Below, in pieces: positions 33,850 to 45,665 of a stretch of 64,000 nucleotides of DNA (its first letter is position 1; every line of letters begins with the position of its first letter). Location: NCBI RefSeq assembly GCF_009914755.1, contig NC_060930.1, one strand, 5' to 3'. The stretch comes from the human T2T-CHM13v2.0 reference genome, Homo sapiens. Below the pieces are notes generated by a model. It was not told where the DNA came from and ran no database searches. It was given only the letters and a program-made list of their open reading frames with translations. The position numbers and the translations under genes were made by a program.

Positions 33850-36366
33850 TGATGCTTTATGAATATATCATGGGTTATCTATCCATATCCTTGTTGCATA
33901 TTTAGTTTTCTCTTTTTTTAGAATTGAAAGACACACTGAAATGCTTGTAGAAAGATCCTTATCCATTTCCATAATCACTTTCTTAGGATGAATTCCCAGA
34001 AGTGGAATTGTTAGGTCAAAGCTATACCTATGCCACATACACATCCAGGCTCCCTCCCTCCAGGAATGTAGTACCAAGTTACACTCTGACCAGCACCCAA
34101 GACATGAGAGGACCTTGTTGTTCAGCTCCTTCAATAACATTTAAAAAATCTCTCAGTCAATTTGATTAATAGAAAATAGCATCTTATTTAAAAGTTTGTT
34201 CTCTTTATTAGGCACTTGAACATTTTTTATAAGTTTATGGGGTCATATGTATTCTCTCCTCTGTAAACTGACTTTATATATATTGGCTTTTTTAAAAAAG
34301 AAGGAGCATTTGTTTTTTAATTCTTTGTTAAAGCTTTTTTTTTTTAACAAAGCTATTCAAACTTTATATGTCTGACATTAATATAAACATTTTCCTAGTT
34401 TGCAGCTTAAACGAAATTGTTTTTAATTGTAAAACTAGTAAATACTTTAAAATAGATTCAAAAATATAAATCCACATATAATTAAGATTTAGAGGTATCA
34501 TCTTTTCTTCCTTCAATCCATCCCTCAGAGTATCATTTGCTTTTTAATTTTGTATGAAACTTTTGGCATAAAGGTCTTAAATATTCAAATAGTCAAATCT
34601 ATTGACCTTTTTTCCTTCAGTTTCTGCCTTAGTTTGTTAGAAATAATCTTAATGCATTAAGATAAGTATATTCACTTATGCTTTCTTCTAAACTTTTCAT
34701 CATTTAATTCTTAAATTTAATTTTTAATACATTTGTAATTTATTTTGCTACACGATATAAAGTTGTGATCTATATATTTTTCCAAATAGTTAACAATTTT
34801 CTTTAACCCAAGTACATTATCTGCTGCGGCGTTTTTACTTTTTTTTTTTTAAACCTTTCTTTAAATGATGGCTTCACTGGGCGTGAGGGTAGCGGTAGAA
34901 GCATCCTTGGGGGCTGGGACTTTGTAGGTTTTGCCTCCTCAGTACCAAGAGCGCCGAAGGAGTAGTCTGACATCCCCATGTGTTGGACACCCTCCAATGG
35001 CAGTCCCTCCCCTGGCTGACCCCCTACACCTCGGATTTCGGACTGCTCCTCTCAGCCTCCTCCCTGGGCCCTTGCTCCTGTACCCATGATTTGAGAATTA
35101 GGGGGGCCGTCACTCCCTCTCTTGTGCAACCTTTGTCAAACTCGAGGCATCAACAACTCCTATATTTACCACCCTTCAAATACTGGCATCCCTCCCAGAG
35201 CTCTATCCTGAGTTCCTGTCCATAAAAAAAATCTACAAGTATCTCATTATCATTTCAATCTGAACATGTTCAAAACTGAACTCATATATCCCCCCTAATC
35301 CAAACCCTTTTTATCTTCTCTTCTTTAAAGAATGGGGCCACCATCCTCCCAATTTCCTAAACAAGAAACCTGGAAGCCATCCCATATACACCGTCTCTCC
35401 CCTATTGTGTCATTAAATCCTATTGTTTCTACCCTTCAATATCTCTTGACATACTTTCCTTTATTCCCCTTCTACCCACCCTTGGCCTAATTGGTTTCTA
35501 GATTCCTGCAGAACCTTTGTTCTCCCAGCTGCCAGTCTGCCCCTCTGCAGTCCATCATCCTCACTTCCACCACAGGAACATTTTCAAAGAAAAAGGAAAC
35601 ACGGGGTGCCCTGTCACACTGCCTTCCCCACCGCCCGCGTGAGTCTCCTGGGGCTCCCCCTTTTCACCCCAATGAGAAGCCCTCTGCTGCGGCGGCCCTT
35701 GTGCACCACATTTTTCACAGGGCAGCAATTCAGCGCAAGAGAGGATGGGAAGGGGAGGAGATAGGGGTTTTTAGAAGGGGCTTTGGATTCAGGACGTGTT
35801 TGGAGTCTAACTCTTGTTGGTCTGGGAAGTAACCCAGCCTCTCTGGGCCTGGTTTCCTTGGGCATATCAAGCTCTACCCCAGCCCCACCGCAGCCCACCG
35901 CCCGCCGCGTGTTGAAAGCTTGACTGGAGTTTCCCTGCAGGCAGGGGCACAGTGTGTGCAACGCTGCATCGCCCGAGCCTGGCACAGGGAGTGGCCCAAA
36001 AAAGCTGTTAGTGACTGAACGCAAGAATTTTCCGGTTAGCAGACGACGGGATGCAGCGGGCGCGGCGCCTGCACCACGCTGGGGGTCCCGGTGTCCGGGC
36101 TGGGCCGCTCCGACTCCGCCCGCGGCCACCGTCGGCTCAGGGGGTGCGAAGACCGCGGCGAGGCCCCTCCCCGCCTGCCTCCCGCCGCCCGCCGCGGACC
36201 AGGCGCTCCCTCCCGGCGGCTGGCGAGCCAGCTCCGGACATCCGTCCCCACCTTTCCGCTAAGCGCGGCGCCCGCGGGGCCTGCCTCGGCGGTCAGGTCA
36301 GCGGCCTCCAGCCTCACTCTCCGGCCCCAGCCCGCAGCCGCCGCCGAGCGGAGCGCACCTGACCCA

Positions 36367-36401
36367 GGCGGGCGGGGCGGGGCGGCGGGCGGGGCGCGGG
36401 G
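36367..36401 (+). promoter_or_regulatory. Tandem GC boxes (Sp/KLF sites); G-quadruplex-capable
   Basis: GGCGGGCGGGGCGGGGCGGCGGGCGGGGCGCGGGG contains repeated GGGCGG and six runs of 3 or more G. Confidence 0.75.
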
Positions 36402-36411
36402 CTGACGTGGC
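36401..36411 (+). promoter_or_regulatory. UPRE / XBP1s-CREB3-family motif GCTGACGTGGC
   Basis: Exact TGACGTGG at 36403-36410, directly after the GC boxes. Confidence 0.55.
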
Positions 36412-36577
36412 CCGCGGCATGGAGCGGGCGTGATTCATCAGCATCCGCGCCGGGGCGGCATGGGGGCGCGCGCGGCGGCCGCCTAGGCGCCCAGGGCCAG
36501 GCAGCGGCGGCTTCCCCGGCCCGGCTCGCCCGCGCTTCTCTCCCTGTGGGCGGCGGCCCGGCGCCTGGAAGGTCAAG

Positions 36578-36662
36578 ATGGAAGAAATCCTGAGGAAGCT
36601 GCAGAAGGAGGCGTCCGGGAGCAAGTACAAAGCCATCAAGGAGAGCTGCACCTGGGCCCTGG
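36578..36662 (+). CDS. ARFGEF3: ARFGEF3 (BIG3/KIAA1244) coding part of exon 1: MEEILRKLQKEASGSKYKAIKESCTWAL + first base of next codon
   Basis: ATG in strong Kozak context (aagATGG) inside a CpG island. The peptide matches the BIG3 N-terminus as I recall it. Donor G|GTAAGC at 36662/36663 (85 coding nt, phase 1). Confidence 0.96.
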
Positions 36663-39077
36663 GTAAGCGTCCGGCACCTGCTCGCCGCGGCGGGAGGGCC
36701 GCGCGGCCGGGGCTGAACCCGCGCCTCCGCGCGTGGGGCTTTCGCGGAGCGTCGGTCATGGGTGCCGTTCTGGCGATTGCGAGAGTCGCCTCGGGAAATT
36801 GATGTGGGATTTGAGAGTCTTGGCTCGGGCGTGGACATCAGCCGCCTCCCCTCCGGTCTCTTTCACTCTCCGAAACCTTCCTCGGGAACCGCTGTCCTCC
36901 CTGCCTGGCGGCCCCCTTCTCCTGGTCCCGGCGCTGGGGACGATGCTTCCCCATCGCCGAGTTAGGCAGGACCCGGAGCCGGTGCGAATCCTGGGGCCTG
37001 ACAGCGAAGCGCCTCTGGGGAAAAGGGAAGTTAAACCAACAACCCCGATGTCGAATCCTTGGCGAGTGGAACCAGGAAGGAAAGGCTTGTTTAATTTGAT
37101 TTTCCTGATAGAGGTCAGCTTGCTTAGTGTTAGCTTTCCTGGTTATTGCACATGAAAAATAACATACGGGCGGGGATCATGTTACCTCTGCAATTCTGTT
37201 GTGGTCTGCCCTTCAGACAGGTGGGATTTTAGGGCTGTGAGCTGTGCTAGCGTTGAAGTAAGTTCCAGGGAGCAAATTTGTGTTTCTCATCAGACTCAGG
37301 TTGCAGAACTCAGCAGCGGAAAAAAACGGAAAGACATTTCAGTTAGGCGGGGTTTGGGCAATCAAAATGGTCAGGATGGTAATGCAAATAGATCAGAAGC
37401 ATACTTTGGGTGATGATGATGCTTTTTAGAAAGGAAAGGCCAAGAAGAAGCCAGCGCAGCTAGCTCTATGGGCTCCTCTCTCTGCCTTGCTGGAGCCTGA
37501 TGTGATGCCTCAGTTGCCACTCAATTGAAAAATGAAATTGACTCCCTTTCCCTTGCAACCAAGAACCATCACTGTCTGTCATGACACTGTGTGTGCTTTG
37601 ATGCAGCCTGAGATAGAGAAGAGCCTTTAGCAGGTTTTCCACTAAATGTAAAATTTTGAGAGTGGTTTAGGTGACTCTTAATATGTAGATGGTCTTAATT
37701 CACATATGTTTGGGTGTGTGTACAGGTAATTATAGCAGCATCTTTTTTTAAACCTGTGCCTATCATCACAAAATTGTCTAGAATATTGTCTAGGAAGTTT
37801 GTCTTGTAGGTAGAACCAGCACTTGACCATTCTAGCTTACTGTTAAAGAAAAATGGACCAGAAATCTGAGAGAACAGCAAGGCTCTTAAAGCCACAGTAC
37901 TATTTTTGCCGTTGCCATTGTCATTCAGCAGCGTGATTCGAAGCTAGATTCCAAAATGCCTCTAATGAAGGGTCACAGATGGCTGGGTAACATGATAAAG
38001 CAGGGCCCAATTGTGCTTTAAACATGCCATTCCTAGTATTCGTTATTATTTTGCTGCAAATTAAGCAGATTTAGATAAACAGGGAGGAGGAGATTAATCT
38101 AGTATTTTAATAAGTTTAAATACTGACATCAACATCTTATTAAGTGAAACCACAACGTTGCTGAGTTTAGGTCCTTTAAAGCCACTGGGGAGGCTGAGCA
38201 TTGAGGCAGGTAAATTTTTCGAGTCAAATCTGAAAGAAACCAGCCTGAGTGGATGTACTTCCTTTCCCAGTGATTGTTCTGTAATTAGCAAGACAAGACA
38301 GAAGTGCATGAAATAGTTAAATAATAGTGCAGGGCATTCATTGTGCAGTTGGATTGGGCAAACCAGGAAAACAAGTCAAAGAAGGGAGGATAAATGTGTT
38401 GTCCATGGATTGGGGGAGAATTGGTGTGAGCTGGTGGGGCTTTTGAAGTAGATTTCACTTGAAGAATGGGGAAGCTATGGGTTCCTTCTTTCCGTCGCTT
38501 CTTTATTTAGGAAACATTTATTAAGACCTCCCTGGTAATGAGCAATGGGATATATGGATGAATAAAATGTTCCCTGTAAGGAATTTGTTAGAAGGGCATG
38601 CTGGAGACATGAACAAAGGCCTATAGGGATAGGTTTTCCTGTTGCCTTTCCCACTCCAGTCCATTTCCACTGCCCGTCACTGTTTAGATTACAAAACACC
38701 TGTCACTCTTCAACCCCCCTAATTTATTTCTAGATTAATGTGTAAATTCCTCAGAATGCTCTTCAGAATCTAGCCCCAGCCTCTGTTCTTGTCACTCCCC
38801 AACCAAGATTCAACAATCTAGTGGCAGTCAGCTGCAGCACTTTGTTGAACATGCTGTGTGGCACACTTCTCTCTTTGCCTTTGCTCTTGCTAGTCCTTCT
38901 GTAGGGAATTCCCTTTTCAGACTTGGCAAGGTCCATCTTGTTTAGGAAACATTCCCTGAGCTCCTCAATAGGATAAGTTGTTTGTCTGGGTTCAGATCCT
39001 TGCCTTGATGACTCTCTTAGAGTACCTACTATTTTGGATAATAGTTGATTGTGTGCACAGGTAGGCTCTTACGGGCA

Positions 39078-40600
39078 GTGTAATTGACAAATATGTTGGG
39101 TGCAAGAGACAAAAAAGCTAGTTTAAGCTGAGCTATACAAAACGGGATTTATTTACTCCTTTAACTAAAATACCCCTTACAAGAATAGCTGTGATTTAGG
39201 AATTAGACACTGTTTCAGGGATCTTGTCCTGCTCTTTGTGGGTTGACTGACATGCTCTGCGTGGGTCTCCACAGTTTTGGGCTCATGAATCAACACATTT
39301 AGACCATCTCATGAAAAGAGGCAACAATAAACTTAGACCATCTCAGGAAAACACGTCTCATCCCCCACTTAGACCATCATGTGATGGGGAGGTCAACCGC
39401 TACTTAGGTCATCATGGGAAAGGGGGGTTACCTCTCACGTAGACCCTCATGAGAGAGGGGTCATCCCCCACTTAGACCCTCATAGGAGCAAGGGGCCATC
39501 CCCTACTTAGACCATCATGGGAGAGAGGGGTCATCCTCACTTAGACCCTCATGGGAGAGAGGAAGCATCCCCCACTGAGACCCTCCTAGGAGAGAGAGGT
39601 CATCCCCCTCTGAGACCCTCATGAGAGAGAGGGGGCATCCCCGTCTGAGACCCTCATGAGAGAGAGAGGGCATCCCCCTCTGAGACCATTGTGCGAGACA
39701 GGGGTCATCCCCCACTTAGACCCTCATGGGAGAGAGGGGATATCCCCCTCTGAGACCCTCATGGGAGAGAGATCATCCTTGATTTAGACCCTCATAAGAG
39801 AGAGGGGCATCCGACACTGAGACCCTTGTGAGAGACAGGGATCATCCCCCTCTGAGACCCTCATAGGAGCAAGGGGTCATCCCCTACTTAGACCATCATG
39901 GGAGAGAGGGGTCATCCTCACTTAGACGCTCATGGGAGAGAGGGTCATTCCCCACTGAGACCCTCATGGGAGAGAGGGGGTCATCCCCCTCTGAGACCCA
40001 CATGGGGGAGAGGGGCATCTCCCTCTGAGACCCTCATGAGAGAGAGGGGTCATCCCTCACTGAGACTGAGACCCTTATGGGAGGGAGGAGTCATTCCCCA
40101 CTGAGACCCTCATGGGAGAGAGGGGTCATTTTCCTCTGAGACCCTCATGGGAGAGGGGTCATCCCTTACTTAGACCCTCAGGAGAGAGAGGGTCACTCCC
40201 CACTGAGACACTCATGAGAGACTGAGACTGAGACCCCCATAGGAGAGAGGGTCATCCGACTCTGAGACCCTCAAAGGAGAGAGGCATCATTCCTCACTCA
40301 GATCATTTTGAGATAGGTGATCATCACCATATTTAGACCATATCAAGAAAGCTGGACTTCTCCAGTCACTCCTGCCTGATCCTTGGTTTCCCTTGTTCTC
40401 TTTGTCCTGATGGTTCATGAGTGTATCCTTGAACCAGTCCTCTAGTCAAAGAATGAAGTAGAATAACTGGTTTAGGCCTAGGCTACAAGTTCCACTGAAA
40501 TCCAGAGCTGGGGAAAAATGGCTTCCTGGAAGTAAAATTAAGATGCTTCTTCAAAAGCCAGGGGAATGGATACTCGTCAATCAAAACAATACATGTCAGC
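39078..40600. mobile_element. Old MLT1 (K/L-like) LTR split by the minisatellite
   Basis: Left flank ttgggtgcaagagacaaaaaagctagtttaagctg; right flank atccttgaaccagtc...ggtttaggcctagg...ggggaatggatactc..caaaacaa resemble MLT1K/L. Confidence 0.5.
39295..40345. repeat. Minisatellite/VNTR in ARFGEF3 intron 1; unit ~30-33 bp, consensus T(G/T)AGACCCTCATG(G/A)GAGAGAGGGGTCATCCCC(CTC/CAC); roughly 33 units
   Basis: Directly visible tandem units, degenerate at both edges. Confidence 0.96.
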
Positions 40601-41339
40601 AGAGTAGTGAGCTCTTTAGCACAGGGACTGCCGTTTATGCTTCTTTGGTTGCTTCTGCACCTATAGTGGAAGGCAGATGTTCAATAAGTAAATCAATACT
40701 TTAACTACTTGTTTGAGTTTTAAATAATATTCATCTTTTTCTATTTATAAGAGTTATATATGTTCACTTTAGAATGTTGCAAATAATGGAACAACATAAA
40801 GAAAAAATTAAAATAATCTTCAGTCTCCCTATCCGGAGATAACACTGTTGACATTTTGGAGTCTTTCCCTTTGCAAAAGGTCATACCGCATATGGCATAT
40901 TGTCATGTGTTTTTTAACTTTAGCATCTTCTTCTACTCTGTCTACTTTGTCATGACACTTCTCTGAAAATCAGTGTTAATGGCTGCAGAATAACTAATAA
41001 GGCATATGTATGTATCTTCTCTTTATTTAGTGTTATCTGGTTGGTTGTTTTTGTTAGTGAGGAATGGCGTGGCCAGGGAGTAGAAAGGAATGAATTGGAT
41101 GAAGGGTTGGCTTGGGGAAAGGCAGAAAGAACTTCAGAAACTGGCAGTCCTGGGGGCTTGCAAGCTAGGCTGTGGTGGGATGAAATAGAATTGCAGAACA
41201 GGAGAGCTGGAAGCAACCAAGCCCTACTTTTAGTATTTTATATCTATCAGGGGCCTTATACAGAATGAATGTGGAAAATGGAGGAGCGGGGAAAGAAACT
41301 AGAGGTACGAAGGCCAAGTAGGGGAAGAGGGAACATCTA

Positions 41340-42540
41340 TCCAACCAGCACCCTTCTCTCTATCTACCCATCTGCTTTTTCTTCCAGCCACAGGTGATTA
41401 CTTCACAGCCAAACTTCTTAAAAAGTGTAGAAATTGTATCTGTGTTCTCACCTTCTACTCTGTCTTCATCTTTTTGTCATCTGCCTTTCACCTCCATCAT
41501 CCCACCAACTCACAGTTACTGAAGAACAGTAACATACAGCCATTCGGCTGGCAGACCATTCTCATTCCCATCTCAGAGGTCCTCCTGGTGACACTGGACA
41601 CAACTGGGCACCTGCTTTACCTTGACTTCTATGATCACACCCTACCAGCTCCATCTTGGTTCTTGAGCCATTCTGTCTCCTTTGCTAGTGCCAGATTCTG
41701 TCCCCAGCTGTAAATATTTGAGTTTCTCAAGGGTTAGCTTTGAGCCCTCATCTCTTACTCCCAGCTCTTCTGGAGTTGAACACACACATACCCACAGCTT
41801 CAGCTCCATTTCTGAGAATGTGATGCCCGTGTTTATATCACTAGTCGACACCAGTGCTCTGAAACGCACACCCCGCAACTTAGCTACCTGCTGAACATCT
41901 CCACCTGAATGGCTTGCAGGCACTCAGCTCAACAAGGCTCAAAGTGACTGTGTGTTCTTCCCCACCTCTACCTCACTGCCCAACCTCACTCACCTCTGGT
42001 GTTTCTAAATGATCAGTTGATGTCATCACCTGTCCAGTTGCATTGACCTGAAATCTAGAGTCATCCTTGATACATTTCTGTAATTTGCCATCTTACCTAG
42101 TCCGTCACCCAAGCTCTGCTCATTTTTACCTCCTAAATATATGTCAAGCCTGTTCACTTCTTTCTACCTCTGTTGCCAGCTCTCCAGAATAAGCTGCCTT
42201 CTCTTTTTATCTGAACTTCTGCAACACCCTCTTAACTGCTCCTTCCTTGTCTGCTCTAGTTCTTTTTCCCAAGTAGTGTCACCTTGGAAACCCCAATCTT
42301 TTCATGACATGCCATGTTAAAACACTGAATAGCATCCCATTAGGATAAAAACAAAAGTCCTTGGTGTGTTCTGTCCAGCCGTACATGGCCTGGCTCCTAC
42401 CTGCCCCACAGCCTTGTGCTATGCCACCCTCATGAGACAGAGGGTCATCCCCCTCTGAGACCCTCATGAGAGAGAGGGGTCCTTGCTCTCTGAATTTCAG
42501 CCACACTGATCTTCTTTCAGTTACTCAGCTACACTGTGCT
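41340..42540. mobile_element. L2 fossil fragments
   Basis: acctgctgaacatctccacctgaatg...ctcagctcaaca; tagagtcatccttgat; cagccacactgatcttctttcag are L2 3'-region motifs. Confidence 0.65.
42426..42481 (+). repeat. Isolated ~1.7-unit copy of the intron-1 minisatellite
   Basis: accctcatgagacagagggtcatccccctctgagaccctcatgagagagaggggtc. Confidence 0.92.
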
Positions 42541-45153
42541 CCCTCTTACTTCATTAATTCAGCAAATATTTAGTGAGTACCTACTATGTGCCAGGTACTG
42601 TTCCAAGTGTTAGGGATAACATGGTGAGCAAAACATGCAAAAAGATCCAAGAGTTTACAGATTCTTGGAGAGATGACAGCCAGTAATCAAGATAAATAAA
42701 TAAAATACACATGACAGCAAAGAGAGTGATAAGAGCTAAGAAAGGGAAAACATAAAATAGTGAAGAAGATAGGAGGTACTTGGAATAAAGAGGGAGTTGC
42801 CATTTAAATAGGGTATTCACGGAAAACCTTACTAAAAGGGAGGCTCCTAGTTGGGAAAACATCTGATGGCTTTGGGAAAGAGCAAGGAGCCAGGGGGCTG
42901 GAGCGACGGGAGAGAAGTAGGAAGTGAGGACCAGATCATGAAAGTCCTTGTTGGGCTCTCTAAGGATGAGATGGGGAGTCATTTGGGGTGGAGGAAATGC
43001 TCTCATCTGGGTCTTGACAGGGTCTCTCAGGATACTGTGTTAAGCAGAGACTGCAGCTTCAGGGGCAAGCCCAAAAGCTAAAAGCCTAGAACAGAGGCTG
43101 GTACAGTCATCCAAGTGAGAGAAGGTGACAGCTTGGACCAAAGTGGCAGGACAGAGTCAGGGAAGATGTTGAGATTCTCCAAGCATTTCAAACTTATTAT
43201 TCCCTCCACTCGGAGTGACCTCTCCTTATCTACTTTAAATAAATCATTTGTGGTCTCATTACCCCCAGCAGGAAGCCCTGACCTCACAGTCCACAGTAGG
43301 ACCTCCTGTTCCACTTTTGCCTAATTCCCTGTATTTTCCTTCCTGGCGTTTATCATGCTTTGAAATGAGAATGTGCACTCCATGAATTCATGGATCGTGT
43401 CTGTTCTCACCACTGGGTCCCTAGCCCAGGACCTGGTTCAGTGTTTAGTGAGAGATCAAAGAAGGGAGACAGGAATTGGCACTGGCGTCTAAGGACTGTG
43501 TCAGGCCCTTTATGATCATGATCCTATCAGCTCCTCACAAGCATCCCGGGAGGAAGGTGTCATTGTCTTCTTTCTAAAGATGAGGGAACTGAAACTTACA
43601 GAGGATAAGTGACCTGCCCCCATCCCACAGTGTCACAAGCTGGAGTGGAGCTGGGAGTGGAACCTGGTTCTCTTTGCTTTCCTTCTTGATGCTTCCATGG
43701 TGCCCTCTTCCCAGCTACCATTCTGTCCTGGGTGCTTACAGCAAAGCTGCAGGCCATTTTCTCCTTGACCTTTGGATGCTCTTCGCCTTGGGTTCCACAC
43801 TGATCCCATGTGCCTGGGAGTCTCACTGCACTTAGAGCTGTAGTTTCATGGTGGCTGCTGTGTGACAGCCTTTTCTCTTTTCCTTTTCTTCTAGCTTGCT
43901 CTTAGCCTTATAGAGCTGGGCACTGTTACCCAGCCTTGGTTGACTATATATCCCTCTGTCCTGCGGGAAAACCATGCTGATCTGGTTGTTCACTGTCACT
44001 GCCTTTCCTTGGGGAGCAGCATCGGCTCATCCTGGGTGCCAGTCCCTGCTGTGCTAACTGGTGGGCTGCACTGGCCTGTGTGGCCTTTGAGCTGCTTCCT
44101 GTACCTGCATCTCAGGGCTTCCCTTTCTTGTCATCCTGTCTCATCTTAAGCATTGACTTCAGTCCTTCATCTTCCTCCATTGGCCTTGTCTTCACAGAAC
44201 CAAGAACCCTGCTGAACTCATCTTTCTGTTTTGCTGATTAATTGTCTTTCTGAAATCCACTCTTTTGCCCCACTGGCCATATCAAGCCCAGATCCTATCA
44301 GGCCTGTTCTTAGCCTTGAGTCTCTGACATATGTATATATTTCACATTTGTTATTCTCTCTGATCTCTGAGCAAGGTGGGAAGAGACATTTCTCCTTCCC
44401 CAATGAAAATAGTTCAGATAGACAGGGCTTGTTGACTCCAAGGAGTGAAGAAAGGGGTCAACACAATTTCAGCTGCAAGACTGGAGACAAGTTGGAAGGA
44501 TTGAAGTAGTACAGTTTTTTGGGGAAGAGACTGGTGAGCTTTTCATTATCTCTAAAATTGGAGGCAGCAATAGTGTGAAAAATCCACAAACAATGGCAAA
44601 GTATTGAACATCCAGGTTGGATTAACAAGATTTGGATGTGAGCCTTCCAATCAATATCCTAACTATACTGTAATTTTTTAAAAAAAGTTTAATCTACTGT
44701 GTCACAAATGTGTATGAGAATAATAAGATGTTGTGTAAGTGCTTTGTGAACTTGAAAGTCTTTCACAAGTATGAATTATTGTGTAAGGATATTGAAACAG
44801 TATTTTCAAGGAAACAGCTTTTCTTTATTTTTATTACAAGAATATTGTATCTTAGTTGTAACTAGATTCAGTGGTTCAGACTAGGAATTTAACTATTCGT
44901 TCTTTATCTGTTTAGGGAAATGTGCCCTAACTTTTAACTTTCCCCTCCTAGTTTGCAAGGTCCAGGGAAATCTCTGTGGCTCTCAAGGGAAAAGGATTTT
45001 AAAATATGAAGGACTTGCATGCAGATAGTTGAGAATTGACTAGTTTATAATTAGAGGAATTCCTGAAAAGAGAAACTAACAGAGAAATTCATGTACAATG
45101 TATATTCTCAGTGTTTAAATATTTATTTTAACTTTGTAATTTTTCTTTTGCAG

Positions 45154-45205
45154 AAACTCTAGGTGGTCTGGATACCATTGTCAAGATCCCTCCACATGTA
45201 CTGAG
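45154..45205 (+). CDS. ARFGEF3: ARFGEF3 exon 2 (52 nt): (E)TLGGLDTIVKIPPHVL(R)
   Basis: Polypyrimidine tract and acceptor ttttcttttgcag|AA; donor AG|gtagga. It joins exon 1 in frame (G+AA=Glu) and continues the recalled BIG3 sequence ...WALETLGGLDTIVKIPPHVLR. Confidence 0.95.
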
Positions 45206-45285
45206 GTAGGAGATGGACATTGTATAATATCACAGAAGTCAATATTACCCACTGAAGGCCCAGATAACCACATTGGTTTACAGTG

Positions 45286-45665
45286 TGTCTTAGTTTGTTT
45301 TGTGCTGCTATAACAGAATACTACAGACTGGGTGATTTATAATGAACAGAGATTTATTAGTTCATGGTTCTGGAGGCTGAGAAGTCCAAGATCAAGGGGC
45401 CACATCTAGCAAGGGCCTTCTTGCTGCGTCATCCCAAAGGTAGAAGGACAAAAAGAGGGTGGAACAGAGAAGAGAGAAGGGGACTGAATGCACCCTTTTC
45501 TAACAAAGCCCCACTCCTGTGATAACAGCATTCATCCATTCATGGAGCAGAGCCCTCATGGCCAGATCACCTCTCATTAGGCCTGACCTCCCAATACTGT
45601 TGCATTGGGGATTACGTTTCCAACACTTACTTTTGGTGGGGACACGTTCATATGATAGCATAGCA
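45286..45665 (-). mobile_element. MaLR LTR (MST/MLT1A-like), ~80 bp downstream of exon 2
   Basis: tgtcttagtttgttttgtgctgctataacagaatac...ggttctggaggctgagaagtccaagatcaagg...ggggacacgttca...atagca. Confidence 0.85.

Larger units (their letters stand above)
35880..37020 (+). promoter_or_regulatory. ARFGEF3: CpG island / TATA-less promoter of ARFGEF3
   Basis: Very GC- and CpG-dense segment in an otherwise CpG-depleted background, spanning exon 1. Confidence 0.93.

Noticed and set aside
36663-36802. Continuation of the 74-aa ORF past ...CTWAL
   Set aside because: It reads through a consensus donor (G|GTAAGC) into intron 1; the real protein continues in exon 2.
35614-36838. Long overlapping ORFs (93-174 aa) on both strands of the CpG island
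   Set aside because: Ala/Arg/Pro/Gly-rich and expected from stop-codon scarcity in GC-rich DNA; no recognisable protein.
39295-40345. CRISPR-like array (palindromic ~30-bp repeats)
   Set aside because: Units are contiguous with no unique spacers, there are no cas genes, and the context is a primate intron. It is a minisatellite.
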